From Azolla caroliniana (Eukaryota > Plantae > Polypodiophyta), in NCBI GenBank assembly GCA_043228905.1, contig JBHGNT010000116.1:1-64000 (forward strand): a stretch of DNA of 64,000 bases, given 5' to 3'. Numbering within the stretch: the stretch's first letter is position 1; each line of letters begins with the position of its first letter. Position numbers and translations under genes: made by a program. Below are positions 25,344-38,590 of this stretch, in pieces. The notes under the pieces are model-generated. The model was not told the DNA's origin and did not search any database. It saw only the letters and a program-made list of their open reading frames with translations.

Positions 25344-28300
25344 TCATTCCCCGCCCGTCGGCTCTTCTTCGGTTTCGGATCGTTCGTCGTCCCGGTCCAG
25401 GTTAACCGGATCCGGCTCGTCGTCGTGAAGCTTCTTGAACGCTTTGATCCGCTTCCCAGCTACTGGTATCGCCATTCTCGTGCCGTCGAGTTCCGCCAGA
25501 TGGTACGTCCCGTTGTCGTTGGCGCTTTGTACCACGTAAGGCCCGAACCACCTTCTTGCGAACTTCCATGTCGCTCGGTGCTGGTTGTCGAGGCTGCTGT
25601 CGTAGACTAGCACCCAGTCGCCTTCCTCGATCTTCTTCGGTCGGAGCCGGTGCGTTCGGTCGAACCGGGCTTTGTTCCTCATCCTTGCTTCCCGAAGCTT
25701 TTCCGCAGCCTGCTCCACGTCCTCCGGTCTTCGCTCGAGCTGTCGTATACGCGCCGCCAGCAGTTCCTCCCGGCTCATCTCGTCTCTCCAATCCACGGTT
25801 GCCCACGAGGAGATCGTACGTTCCATCGGCATGACCGGCTTCTGCCCAAACATGAGCTCTGCCGGCATGAATCCGGTTACCGAACTATGCGTAGATCGGT
25901 CAGCCCACAACGCGTAAGGCAGCAGTCGCGGCCAGTTCCCGACTTGCCCCCCGCATGCCCGAACTAACGCCTTGACGATCGGTCCGTGTCCGCGCTCCAC
26001 CTTCCCATTCGCCTCCGGATTGTACGCAGTGGTAAGCGAGAGCTTGACTTCTAGCCAGTCGAACAGCTCCTCGGCTTCTTCGGCGTCCAACTCCCCGCGA
26101 TCAGCCACGATCTTCCCGACACACCCGTACCGGCATATCACGTCCTCGATCAGGAACCGACATACGGCCACGGTCGTTTTGTTCTGAAGGGCCCGGCCTT
26201 CCACCTGGTTCGTTAGATCTTCCCGAGCCAGGACCAGATACCGCATCTGTCCTACGCCCATCGGCATCGTCACCAGATCTACAATCCATTTGAAGTGGAT
26301 GGTCGAAGGGTACGTAGGGTGAAGCTCATCCCGATGCCGAACTATGGAGTGCATCTGGCAGCTCTCGCAAGTTGTCACGAACTGATGCACGTCCCGGTAC
26401 AGTCCCAGCCACCAGTACTTCCCCTTTATCTTCTCGAACGTGGCCCACGTTCCACGGTGACCAGCCCAAGGGTTGTCATGGTAAGCCGTCAGCAACTCCT
26501 CTTGTTCTTCCTTCATCGCCACCACCCGGAGCGGGACGCCGTTCCTCTTCTTCGGGTGCTTCCATAAGTATCCATCCTAGAGAAAGAATCGGTAAGCTTT
26601 CTTCCGGATCTGGTTCGCCTCGTCCTTCGTCCATGACGCATCCGGCGTCATTGTCCTCAAAAATCCACCGATCTGGAGCCACTCGCCGTCGTACTTGCTC
26701 TCGTCGAAGTCGTTAAGTGCCGGAGTGCTCGTCCCATCGGTCGTCACGTACGCTGCCTAGAAGAAGTCCACGCCGACTTCTTCGTCCTCCGAAACCATGC
26801 CGCCCTCGTCATCAAACCTCGCCCTCGAAAGCATGTCGGCCATGGCGTTGTCCTTTCCGGAAATGTGCCGTATTTCCGGATCCAGGGACTTGATGTACGC
26901 TATCCACCTGAGCATCGCTAGGTCCGGTGTCGCGCATCCGGAAACCATGCCGAGAATTGGCAGGCAATCCGTCTCGATAATCACTTCCGTCCCGATCAGG
27001 TAGTCTTTGTCGGCCTTTACTGCCGAAACGATACCCCAGAGTTCGCGTTTGACCTGGGCGTACCCTCGCTGTCGCTCACTGAGGACCTTAGCGCCGAATT
27101 GGATCGGGAACCGGGTGTCGTCCACGTCTTCTTGGTGGACGACCCATCCGATCCCGGTCGGGCTCGTATCCACCGTTATGTATACCGGGGTACCCTTCTC
27201 GTAGACAGCCTTCCAGAGCGCCAGTTCTGCCGCAAGAGCTTCCTTCAGCTTCCGGACCGACTCCGTGTGCTCGTCTCGCCACTTGAATTTTCGCCCTTTC
27301 TTCAGCAACCCGTATAGCGGCTCCGCAACGTGGGCGTAATGCGGGATCCATATGTGGTAGAACGCGCATGCCCCCAGGAACCTTCGAACTTCCGTAACCG
27401 AGCTACAGTCGGCCTTCATCGCGGAGATGGCTTCTACCTTTGCCGGAGACGGCTTCCGGCCATACGGTCCACACAGGTGTCCGACCACCAGGATTTCTGA
27501 TTGCCCAAAGGCCGATTTCTCCCCGGAGAAGGTGAGCCTCGCATCCTCTAGCCTTTGTAGCACCTTCTCGCAATCGTCGATGTGTGTTGCCACGAATCGC
27601 CGTCATCCGTCCGGCCCGACTGTCCCATCCTTCTCTTCCACCGGGCACCCCTTGATCGGGATGTCGTCTAGAAATGGCATGGTGATGTTCGGGATGCAAT
27701 CCCTCAGTACCTTGTTCATTGCATTCACCATGTGGGCCACCGAGTTGGTCCCTCCTTGTGGCAAGGTACACATTCGCACTAGGCCGAGGGGAGTTCGCAT
27801 CGTCGTAATGTCTCTGCTCTCCACGGCTAGCTGGAATTGGTCGTACCCCGAGTACAGATCACCGACCGAATAAATCGACCTTCCGGCGAAGGCCTCCGCG
27901 AACTCGTCTATGGTCGGTCCGATCCCTGCGTTCCGAATGGTCACTCTGTTGACCGGCTGCAGATCTTGAATGAAGCGCAATGTTCCGTTTTTCTTTGGTA
28001 CGGGAAACCATCGGTTCGAGTATGGCGCGCTCGACGGTTCGAGAATACCCATATCGACTTTCTGCCTCAGTAGCTCCATCAACTCCGGGATGTGAGCTCT
28101 TGGTACCGGAATCGGTTTGAGATTCCACGGCACATGCGGCACCGTGAATATCACCATCGGCTCCACGATTGTCGGGTCTACGCACCCGATCTCTTCCGGC
28201 AAAAATGCGAAGGCTTTCCCGTGCCTTCCGAGCATTCTCCGAAACCAGTCTTCCTCCGCCGGCAGTAGGAACCCGCCCCCACCGATCTTGAGCTCCCGGA

Positions 28301-28455
28301 GCGTCCCGTCGGTGAAGGTGTGTCCTATGCAGGCCGGATCTCGTAAACTGGGGTCCGACGCAACCGTTTTGATTCGGGACTCGCTACCCTCCGGTAAGGG
28401 TGCCGCGACTGGCCTTACCTTCTGGTCCACAGTCTTGTACTTCGTGCTAACTCGG
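25344..28455 (-). pseudogene. Element E RT-RNaseH-integrase
   Basis: GDLYSGYDQF, LPQGGTNS, FLDDIPIKG, HDNPWAGH...CESC, YNPEANGKVER, WFGPY; in-frame stops. Confidence 0.93.
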
Positions 28456-29160
28456 TGTCGTGAAGAAAACCGTCCACAAGCGGAATCGGTGTATCGGAGC
28501 GTAGAAACCGACTCTTCATGCACGTGCGCCTTAAGTTGTACATAGGAGATCCTAGGTAGATTCGGTAGGTAGGGAGTAAAGGGGAAATGGCTCCTTCCTT
28601 GCCTATAAAAGGAGGGAGACGAGGAGGGTAGAGGGATCGCGGAGAGTCGAGGACGAAGTGTTGTCGGTTTGCGTGCGAAGGCTTCTCTCTCTCTCTCTTT
28701 CTGGTTGCAAACGCCATAGCTTCCTTTTGTGCAGGTTTCGGGAGGCCCGCGCTGCTCTGAGGAATGCCCGAGTGCTTCCGGCACCACCTCCAACCTACTC
28801 ATCCCCCTCTGTGCGTTTACGAGCAGGTATCGGCATCTGTTCGCCGGCCTGTTCGGTTGTAACCGACTTCGTGTTTTGTTGTCTTCGTGTTCTTGTTGTT
28901 TGTCTTGTCAATACATACATACTTTCGTGTCTTTCTGTGTCGCTGTCCCACTCGCGTCTTTGCGTCGAAGGGCCGTGTCCCTGTGAATCTACGCTCGCAC
29001 GTAGTGGGTCTCTCTCTCTCTCTCTTACTCTTCGGTACAGGACCCCCGAGGTCCCGCCTCACTCCACGCATCCGCGAGGAATACCTCGACATATTTGGTG
29101 AACCTCGACATATTTGGTGAACCCAAGCAGAAGATCAGGGGGTCGGATCTTGCAGAGGCC

Positions 29161-31234
29161 ATGGCTTCGGCCGTGGATCGGATATTGGGCACACGCGAGG
29201 GCACCGGTGCCCTCGACAGAGCCATTGAGGCAGTCGTCGGTACGATCGGCCGTTTCAGCGGAAAGGATGCTACGAAGTATTTGGCGTTCTACGGGGCGGA
29301 AATGCTGATGCGGGACATTCCGCAAGAGAGGCGTCTTGCCGGGTTCCCTCGAGTGGCGATGCCGAGCATCCATGCGGAGGTGCTCGAGGTACGGGCGGAG
29401 AGCTGTACCTGGGAGGAGTTCGAAGGCCGACTCCTAGAGAAATATGGGCTGGACGAAGCGCTCCGTCTTTCGAAACTGGACTTCATGGAATGGGTGGAGT
29501 CCCCCAGCAAAGGAAGAAACGCGTCGGCACTCCTCCGGGAGTTCGAAGAACGCTTTGCGCGCCTTTCGGCGCTTGACCGAACCATTCTGGATACGAGCCG
29601 GGTCCTACTATTCGTCAAGTCGGTGGACGAGCGGGACCGGGATCAAGTCGGCTCCTTGCTGGAAACTGAAGACGGGCTGACAACCGACTGGGTTGCGGTT
29701 AAGAGAGTCTGTGGCCGTTTCGACAAACGGCGAGAATGGGCTGACAATGGGGCGGCCGGTGTGGGCTCTGTTACAGCAAGGAGGCTTGAACCGGCACCAC
29801 AAGTGCGAAGGGAAGAAACCCGAGAATGGCTCGAAACCTTCGGCCAGCATGATCAATGGCTCGTCCGGAGGAGCAGCGCTAGAGGAGTTGACGCGGGCGA
29901 TAAAGGATCTCTAGATCGCCCAGACTCGAAGGGAAGGCGGCGAACCGGCTCGTGACCGACGGCCGGCAGCGGGGAACAGGTGCATGTGGTGCGACGAGGT
30001 CGGCCACATTCGGAAGGACTGCGGCGATTTCGCAGAGGCGTTGAGAAACCGGGTGGTGTACCTGTGGGAAGGCCAGGTGCACGCTGGCGACACCAGGAGG
30101 GCCCTGAGCCGAAACGATGGGCGAGGAGGTATGAAGAGACTGATGGAAGAGGCAGCGGACCGACACGTGGAGGCCATCCACTATTCAGGTCGGGGGCAGC
30201 GAGGCCCGAAAGGAGAGTAAAGACGGTTTCTGGTCGGCAATGCTGGAAGGCCTCGCCGGTGCGCGGCTGAGGAAAGATGAAACGGACCGCGCTGAGAGAC
30301 AGCTCGGGAAATAACCGGGTGGAGCGATCCGGTCGAGGAGAAGACGGGCTTTGTAGAAGCCGCTTGCCGGAACTACGAGGCTCTGGTAGAAGAAAAACGA
30401 GTGGGGAAAGCCGGAGCGGCCGGGCCCTCACAACGGTAGGAGACCCGATTCGGGCAACGACGGAACGATGCCGGTGGGCCCGGCCCGCAAGATAACCCCA
30501 GGAAGGGCAGGTACCGACTGGGGACAGAAATAGAAAGGACTACGGACCTACGAAAGGTCCTAGAAGAACGGATCCTCGACAGCAAAGTGGAGTTGACATT
30601 GCGAGAGGTGTTAGGGATCGCCAAGAAGGAGTTCCACGACTCCATTATAGACTTGGTGAAACGGAAGAGGCTGTCGACGGAGACGGATCCGGAAAGACCG
30701 GTAGAGGTGCGGACGACACACATCGACGACTCGACGCTGGCAGATGAGTGGGCGGAGAGCCACTATTCAAGGCCACACTGGGCCCGAGCGACCACGGAGA
30801 CCTCGGTAAAGATCGGAGAGGTTCAGGAACCGGTGGTGGCACTGGTGGACCACGGTTCGGAAATAAACCTGATGTCCATGGACTTCTATAAGAAGGGGAA
30901 GTGGCCGATCAACACCAAGCACGGGTGGAAGATACGGGCGGCGACGCGCGCCACCGAGGAACTGCATGGGGCCTGCCCGAACGTGCGAGTCAAGATCGGC
31001 GACGTCGAGATTGACCAGCACTTCTTCGTACAGGAGACGTCCTCGCACCCGGTCATATTAGGGGAACCATACATCACGGCAGCTCGAATGGAGACCAAGG
31101 TGCTAGACAACGGTTCGGCCTACGCAAGGGTCAAAAGCCAGGACGGGCGCCATTCGGTCCAATTTCTGACCGTGAGACCGAATCACGAGAGGAACCGCGA
31201 ATCCCTCGGTGGCGAGTACCGGGAGGATTTTTAG
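29161..31234 (+). pseudogene. Element F gag-protease
   Basis: RFSGKDA, CMWCDEVGHIRKDC, ALVDHGSEINLM, VILGEPY; disrupted. Confidence 0.9.
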
Positions 31235-34200
31235 AGAGGGCTGCCAAGGCGTGGGGCCGAGATAGTCCGGACACTCGGGAAAGACCCCACGACTGTACGA
31301 TAGGTAGAAAATTTTGCTTCTCCAACAATGGAGGGTGTATGATAGTCGGCATCGTCGGCCAAGAAAAGACAAGGGCGGAATTGCAACTTCGAGCGTGCGG
31401 AGTTCTCGGCCCGGACGAGGAAATCAGCGGAGCCGTGGAGACGGTCTCCTTCGATGACACCTTGGGAATGCTGAGGAAGGTAGTCGGAGAAGACCTTAAC
31501 GAAGACCGGACGATACCGGTATGTTCCGAAGAGATGTATGAAGTCATCGCGAACTTCAGTCAGGGGCTCGGGTCGGATCGGACGGCCCGAGTTAGCACGA
31601 AGTACAAGACTGTGGACCGGAAGGTAAGGCCAGTCGCGGCACCCTTGCCGGAGGGCAGCGAGTCCCGAATCAGAGGGGTGGCGTCGGACCCCAGTTTACG
31701 AGACCCGGCCTGCATAGGACACACCTTCACCGACGGGACGCTCCGGGAGCTCAAGATCGGTGGGGGCGGGTTCCTACTGCCTGCGGAGGAAGACCGGTTT
31801 CGGAAAATGCTCGGAAGGCACGGGAAAGCCTTCGCATTCTCGCCAGAAGAAATCGGGTGCGTAGACCCGACGATCGTGGAGCCGATGGTGATATTCACGG
31901 TACCACATGTACCGTGGAAACTCAAGCTGATTCCAGTACCGAGAGCTCACATCCCAAAGTTGATGGAGCTATTGAGGCAGAAAGTCGATATGGGTATTCT
32001 CGAACCGTCGAGCGCGCCATACTCGAACCAATGGTTTACCGTACCAAAGAAAAACAGAACATTGCGCTTCATTTAGGACCTGCAGCCGGTCAACAGAGTG
32101 ACCATCCGGAACGCAGGAATCGGACCGACCATAGACGAGTTCGCGGAGGCCTTCGCCGGAAGGTCGATTTACTCGGTCGGTGATCTGTACTCGGGGTACG
32201 ACCAGTTCTAGCTAGCCGTGGAGAGCAGAGACATTACGACAATGCGAACTCCCCTCGGCCTAGTGCGAATGTGTACCCTGCCACAAGGAGGGACCAATTC
32301 GGTGGCCCACATGGTGAATGCAATGAACAAAGTACTGAGGGATTGCATCCCGGACATCACCATACCGTTTCTAGACGACATCCCCATAAAGGGGTGCCCG
32401 GTGGAAGAGAAGGACGAGACACTCGGGCCGGACAGATGCCGGCGATTCATAGCAACACACAGCGACGACTGCGAGAAGGTGCTACGAAGGCTAGAGGATG
32501 CGAGGCTCACCTTCTCCGGGGAGAAATCGGCCTTCGGGCAATCAGAAATCCTGGTGGTCGGGCATCTATGTGGACCATATGGCCGGAAGCCGTCTCCGGC
32601 AAAGGTAGAAGCCATCTCCGCGATGAAGACCGACTGTAGCTCGGTTACGGAAGTTCGGAGGTTCCTGGGGGCATGCGCGTTCTACCACATATGGATCCCG
32701 CATTACGCCCACGTTGCAGAGCCACTATATGGGTTGTTGAAGAAGGGGCAAAGATTCGAGTGGCGAGACGAGCACACGGGGTCGGTCCGGAAGCTGAAGG
32801 AGGCTCTTACAGGCAGCACCGGCGCTCCGGAAGGCTGTCTACGAGAAGGGTACCCCGGTATACATAACGGTGGATACGAGCCCGACCGGGATCGGATGGG
32901 TCGTCAACCAAGAAGACGAGGACGGCACCCGGTTCCCGATCCGATTCGGCGCTAAGGTCCTCATTGAGCGACAGCGAGGGTACGCCCAGGTTAAACGCGA
33001 ACTCTAGGGTATCGTTTCGGCGGTAAAGGCGGACAAAGACTACCTGATCGGGACAGAAGTGATTATCGAGACGGATTTCCTGCCGATTCTCGGCATGGTT
33101 TCCGGATGCGCGACACCGGACCTGGCGATGCTCAGGTGGATAGCGTACATCAAGTCCCTGGACCCGGAGATACGACACATTTCCGGAAAGGACAACGCCA
33201 TGGCCGACATGCTTTCGAGGGCGAGGTTTGATGACGAGGGCGGCATGGTTTCGGAGGACGAAGAAGTCGGCGTGGACTTCTTCGAGGCGGCGTACGTGAC
33301 GACAGATGGGACGAGCACTCCGGCACTTAACGACTTCGACGAGAGCAAGTACGACGGCGAGTGGCTCCAGATCGGTGGATTCTTGAGGACAATGACGCCG
33401 GACGCGTCATGGACGAAGGACGAGGCCAACTGGATCCAGAAGAAAGCTTACCGATTCTTTCTCCGGGACGGATACTTATGGAAGCACCCGAAGAAGAGGG
33501 ACGGCGCTCCACTCCGAGTGGTGGCGATGAAGGATGAACAGGAGGAGCTGCTGACGGCCTACCATGACAGCCCTTGGGCCGGACACCGTGGAACCTGGGC
33601 CACGTTCGAGAAGATAAAGGGGAAGTACTGGTGGCCGGGACTGTACCGGGACGTGCATCGATTCGTGACAACTTGCGAGAGCTGTCAGATGCACTCCATA
33701 GTCCGACACCGGGACGAACTTCACCCTACGTACCCTCCGACCATCCACTTCAAATGGATGGTAGACCTGGTAACGATGCCGATAGGAGTAGGACAGATGC
33801 GGTATCTGGTCCTGGCTCGGGAAGATCTAACGAACCAGGTGGAAGGCCGGGCCCTTCAGAACAAAACGACTGCGGCCGTATGTCGGTTCCTGCTCGAGGA
33901 CGTAATATGCCGGTACGGGTGCGTCGGGAAGATCGTGGCTAATCGCGGGGAGTTGGACGCCGAAGAGGCCGAGGAGCTGTTCGACCGGTTAGGGGTCAAG
34001 CTCTCGCTTACCACTGCGTACAATCCAGAGGCAAATGGGAAGGTGGAGCGCGAACACGGACCGATCGTCAAGGCGTTAGTTCGGGCATGCGGAGGTCAAG
34101 TCGGGAACTGGCCGCGGCTACTACCTTACGCGTTGTGGGCTGACCGGACTACGCACAGTTCGGTAACCGGATTCATGCCGGCAGAGCTCATGTTTGGGCA

Positions 34201-34699
34201 GAAGCCGATCATGCCGATCGAACATACGGTCTCCTCATGGGCAACCGTGGACTGGAGAGACGAGATGAGCCGGGAGGAACTGTTGACGGCGCGCATACGA
34301 CAGCTCGAGCGGAGACCGGAGGACATGGAGCAGGCTACGGAAAAGCTTCGGGTGGCCAGGACGAGGAACAAAGCCCGGTTCGACCGGACGCACCGGCTCT
34401 GACCGAAGAAGATCGAGGAAGGCGACTGGGTGCTAGTCTACGACAGCAGCCTCGACAACCAGCACCGAGCAACGCGGAAGTTCGCAAGGAGGTGGTTCGG
34501 GCCTTACGTGGTACAAAGCGCCAACGACAACGGGACGTACCATCTGGCGGAACTCGACGGCACGACAGTGGCGATACCGGTAGCTGGGAAACGGATCAAA
34601 GCGTTCAAGAAGCGTCACGACGACGAGCCGGATCCGGTTAACCTGGACCGGGACGACGAGCGATCCGAAACCGAGGAAGAACCGACGGGCGGGGAATGA
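31225..34699 (+). pseudogene. Element F RT-RH-IN in the -1 frame
   Basis: Same motifs as E; stops at ~32074, 32208, 33005 and 34400. Confidence 0.92.
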
Positions 34700-35408
34700 A
34701 GGCTGGACCGGTTTTCTCCGTCCCAACACAATTTGGCACATGCCGGTGGATGCGCGGTTAGGTGGGGGCGGATGTCGTGAAGAAAACCGTCCACAAGCGG
34801 AATCGGTGTACCGGAGCGTAGAAACTGACTCTTCATGCACGTGCGCCTTAAGTTGTACATAGGAGATCCTAGGTTGATTCGGTAGGTAGGGAGTAAAGGG
34901 GAAACGGCTCCTTCCTTGCCTATAAAAGGAGGGAGACGAGGAGGGTAGAGGGATCGCGGAGAGTCGAGGACGAAGTGTTGTCGGTTTGCGTGCGAAGGCT
35001 TCTCTCTCTCTCTCTTTCTGGTTGCAAACACCATAGCTTCCTTTTGTGCAGGTTTCGGGAGGCCCGCGCTGCTCTGAGGAATGCCCGAGTGCTTCCGGCA
35101 CCACCTCCAACCTACTCATCCCCCTCTGTGCGTTTACGAGCAGGTATCGGCATCTGTTCGCCGGCCTGTTCGGTTGTAACCGACTTCGTGTTTTGTTGTC
35201 TTCGTGTTCTTGTTGTTTGTCTTGTCAATACATACATACTTTCGTGTCTTTCTGTGTCGCTGTCCCACTCGCGTCTTTGCGTCGAAGGGCCGTGTCCCTG
35301 TGAATCTACGCTCGCACGTAGTGGATCTCTCTCTCTCTCTCTTACTCTTCGGTACAGGACCCCCGAGGTTCCGCCTCACTCCACGCATCCGCGAGGAATA
35401 CCTCGACA

Positions 35409-37910
35409 TCGGGCCGTCCGATCCGACCGGAGTCCCTGGTTGAAGTTCGCGATGACTTCATACATCTCTTCGGAACATACCGGTATCGTCCGGTCTTCGT
35501 TAAGGTCTTCTCCTGCTACCTTCCTCAGCATCCCCAAGGTGTCGTCGAAGGAGACCGCCTCCACGGCTCCGCTGATTTCCTCGTCCGGGCCGAGAACTCC
35601 GCACGCTCGAAGTCGTACTTCCGCCCTTGTCTTTTCTCAGCCAACGATGCCGACTATCATACATCCTCCGTTGTTGGAGAAGCAAAATTTCCTACCTATC
35701 GTACAGGGTTCCTTCGGTTTCAGTTCTATCGTACAGCTGTGGGGTCTTTCCCGAGTGTCCGGGCTGTCTCGGCCCCACGCCTCGGCAGCCCTCTCTAAAA
35801 ATCCTCCCGGTTCTCGCCACCGAGGGATTCGCGGTTTTGCTCGTGGTTCGGTCGTACCGTCAGAAATTGGACCGAATGGCGCCCGTCCTGGCTTTTGACC
35901 CTCGCGTAGGCCGAACCGTTGTCCAGCACCTTGGTCTCCATTCGCGCCGCTGTGATGTATGGTTCCCCTAATATGACCGGGTGCGAGGACGTCTCCTATA
36001 CGAAGAAGGGCTGGTCAATCTCGACGTCGCCGATCTTGACTCGCACGTATGGGCAGGCCCCGTGCAGTTCCTCGATGGCGCGCGTCGCCGCCCGTATCTT
36101 CCACCTGTGCCTGGTGTTGATCAGCCACTTTCCCGTCCATGGACATTAGGTTTATTTCTGAACTGTGGTCCACCAACGCCACCACCAATTCCTGAACATC
36201 TCCGATCTTTACCGGGGTCTCCGTGGTCGCTCGGGCCCAGTGTGGCCTCGAATAGTGGCTCTCCGCCCACTCATCTGCCAGCGTCGAGTCGTCGATGTGC
36301 GTCGTCCGCACCTCCACCGGTCTCTCCGGTTCTGTCTCCGTCGACAGCCTCTTCCGTTTCACCAAGTCCACAATGGAGTCGTGGAACTCCTTCTTGGCGA
36401 TCCCTAGCACCTCCCGTAGTGACAGCTCCACTTTGCTGTCGAGGATCCGTTCTTCTAGGACTTTTCGTAGGTCCGTAGTCCTTTCTATTTCCGTCCCCAG
36501 TCGGTATCCGCCCTTCCTGGGGTTATTTTGCGAGCTGGACCCACCGGCATCGTTCCGTCGTTGCCCGAATTGGGTCTCGTACCCTTGTGAGGGCCCGGCT
36601 GCTCCGGCTTTCCCCACTTGTTTGTCCTCTACCAGAGCCTCGTAGTTCCGGCAGGCGGCTTCTACGAAGCCTGTCTTCTCCTCGACCGGATCGCTCCACC
36701 CGGTTATTTCCCGGACCCGTCTCTCAACGCGGTCCGTTTCATCTTTCCTTAGCCGTGCGCCGGCAAGACCTTCCAGCATTGCCGACCAGAATCCGTCTTT
36801 GCCCTCCTTTCGGGCCTCGCTGCCCCCGACCCGAATGCCGGCCGACGCCGAGTAGTGGATGGCCTCCACTTGTCGGGCCGCTGCCTCTTCCATCAGTCTC
36901 TTCATTCCTCCTCGCCCGTCGTTTCGGTTTAGGGCCCTTCTGGTGTCGCCGGCGTGCACCCGGCCTTCCCACAGGTACACCACCCGGTTCCTCAACGCTT
37001 CTGCGAAATCGCCGCAGTCCTTCCGGATGTGGCCGACCTCGTCGCACCACATGCACCTGTTCCCTGCTACCGGCCGTCGGTCACAAGCCGGTTCGCCGCC
37101 TTCCCTTCGAGTCTGGGCGATCTGGAGATCCTTTATCGCCCGCGTCAACTCCTCCAGCGCTGCTCCTCCGGACGAGCCACTGACCATGCTGGTCGAAGCC
37201 GGACCGGTTTCGAGCCATTCCCGGGTTTCTTCCCTTCGCCCTTGTGGTGCCGGTTCAAGCCTCCTTGCTGTGACAGAGCCCGCACCAGCCGCCCCGTTGT
37301 CAGCCCATTCTCGTCGTTTGTCGAAACGGCCACAGACTCTCTTAACCGCAGCCCAGTCGGTCGTCAGCCCGTCTTCGGTTTCCAGCAAGGCGCCAACTTA
37401 ATCCCGGTCCCGCTCGTCCACCGACTTGACAAATAGTAGGACCCGGCTCGTATCCAGAACGGTTCGGTCAAGCGCTGAATGGCGCGCAAAGCGTTCTTCG
37501 AATTCCCGGAGGAGTGCCGACGCGTTTCTTCCCTTGCCGGGGGACTCCACCCATTCCATGAAGTCTCGTTTCGAAAGCCGGAGCGCGTCGTCCAGCCCGT
37601 ATTTTTCCAGGAGTCGGCCTTCGAACTCCTCCCAGGTACGGCTCTCCGCCCGCACCTCGAGCACCTCCGCATGGATGCTCGGCATCGCCACTCGAGGAAA
37701 CCCGGCAAGACGCCTCTCTTCCGTAATGTCCCGCATCAGCATTTCTGCCCCGTAGGACGCCAAATACTTCGTGGCATCCTTTTCGCTGAACCGGCCGATA
37801 GTACCGACGACCGCCTCCATGGCTCTGTCGAGGGCGCCGGAGCCCTCGCGTGCGCTCAATATCCGATCCACGGCCGAAGCCATGGCCTCCGCAAGATCCG
37901 ACCCTTTCAT
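35409..37910 (-). pseudogene. Element E gag-protease and start of pol
   Basis: ORFs 36015-37388 and 37398-38363 carry Gag, the zinc knuckle and LVDHSSEIN. Confidence 0.9.
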
Positions 37911-38590
37911 CTTCTGCTCTTCTGCCACCTCCTTCACGTCGGGTTCACCAAGATGTCGAGTTATTCCTGGCAGATGCGTGGAATGAGGCGGGACCTCGGG
38001 GGTCTTGTACCGAAGAGCAAGAGAGAAAGGAGAAGGGAACCCACTACGTGCGAGCGTAGATTCACAGGGACACGGCCCTTCGACACAAAGACGCGAGTGG
38101 GACAGCAACACAAATAGACACGAATGTATGTATGTATTAACAAAGACAAACAACAAGAACACAAAGTCGGTTACAACCGAACAGGCCGGCGAACAGATGC
38201 CGATGCCTGTTCGTAAACGCACAGAAAGAAAGGAGTAGGTTGGAGGTGCTGCCGGAAGCACTCGGGCATTCCTCAGAGCAGCGCGAGCCTCCCGAAACCT
38301 GCGCAAAAAGAATCTATGGAGTTTGGAAGAGAGAGAAGCCTTCGGCCCACAATCCGATAGCACTTCGTCCTCTCTTACTTCGCGATCCCTTTTTCCCTCC
38401 TCGTCTCCCTCCTTTTATAGGCAAGGAAGGAGCCGTTTCCTATTAACTTCCTACCTACCGACTCTACCTACCTAGGATCGTGCATGACCCTAATTCTCTC
38501 TTATGTACACCATAAGGCATACGCGCATGAAGAGCTGGTTCCTATGCTCCGGCGCACCGATTCCGCTCGTGGACGGTTTTCTTCACGACA

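Larger units (their letters stand above)
28456..35408 (+). mobile_element. Element F, full-length Gypsy inserted antisense in E
   Basis: 636-bp LTRs at 28456-29091 and 34773-35408 with about 7 differences by eye. TSD TCGG, PPT AGGTGGGGGCGGA. Confidence 0.96.
24634..38590 (-). mobile_element. Element E, autonomous-type Ty3/Gypsy without chromodomain
   Basis: 637-bp LTRs at 24634-25270 and 37954-38590. TSD CCGC, PBS, PPT, gag-PR / RT-RH-IN. Confidence 0.95.

Noticed and set aside
34433-35898. 228-aa and 307-aa ORFs spanning LTR F
   Set aside because: They cross LTR and insertion junctions and are antisense to real coding frames.
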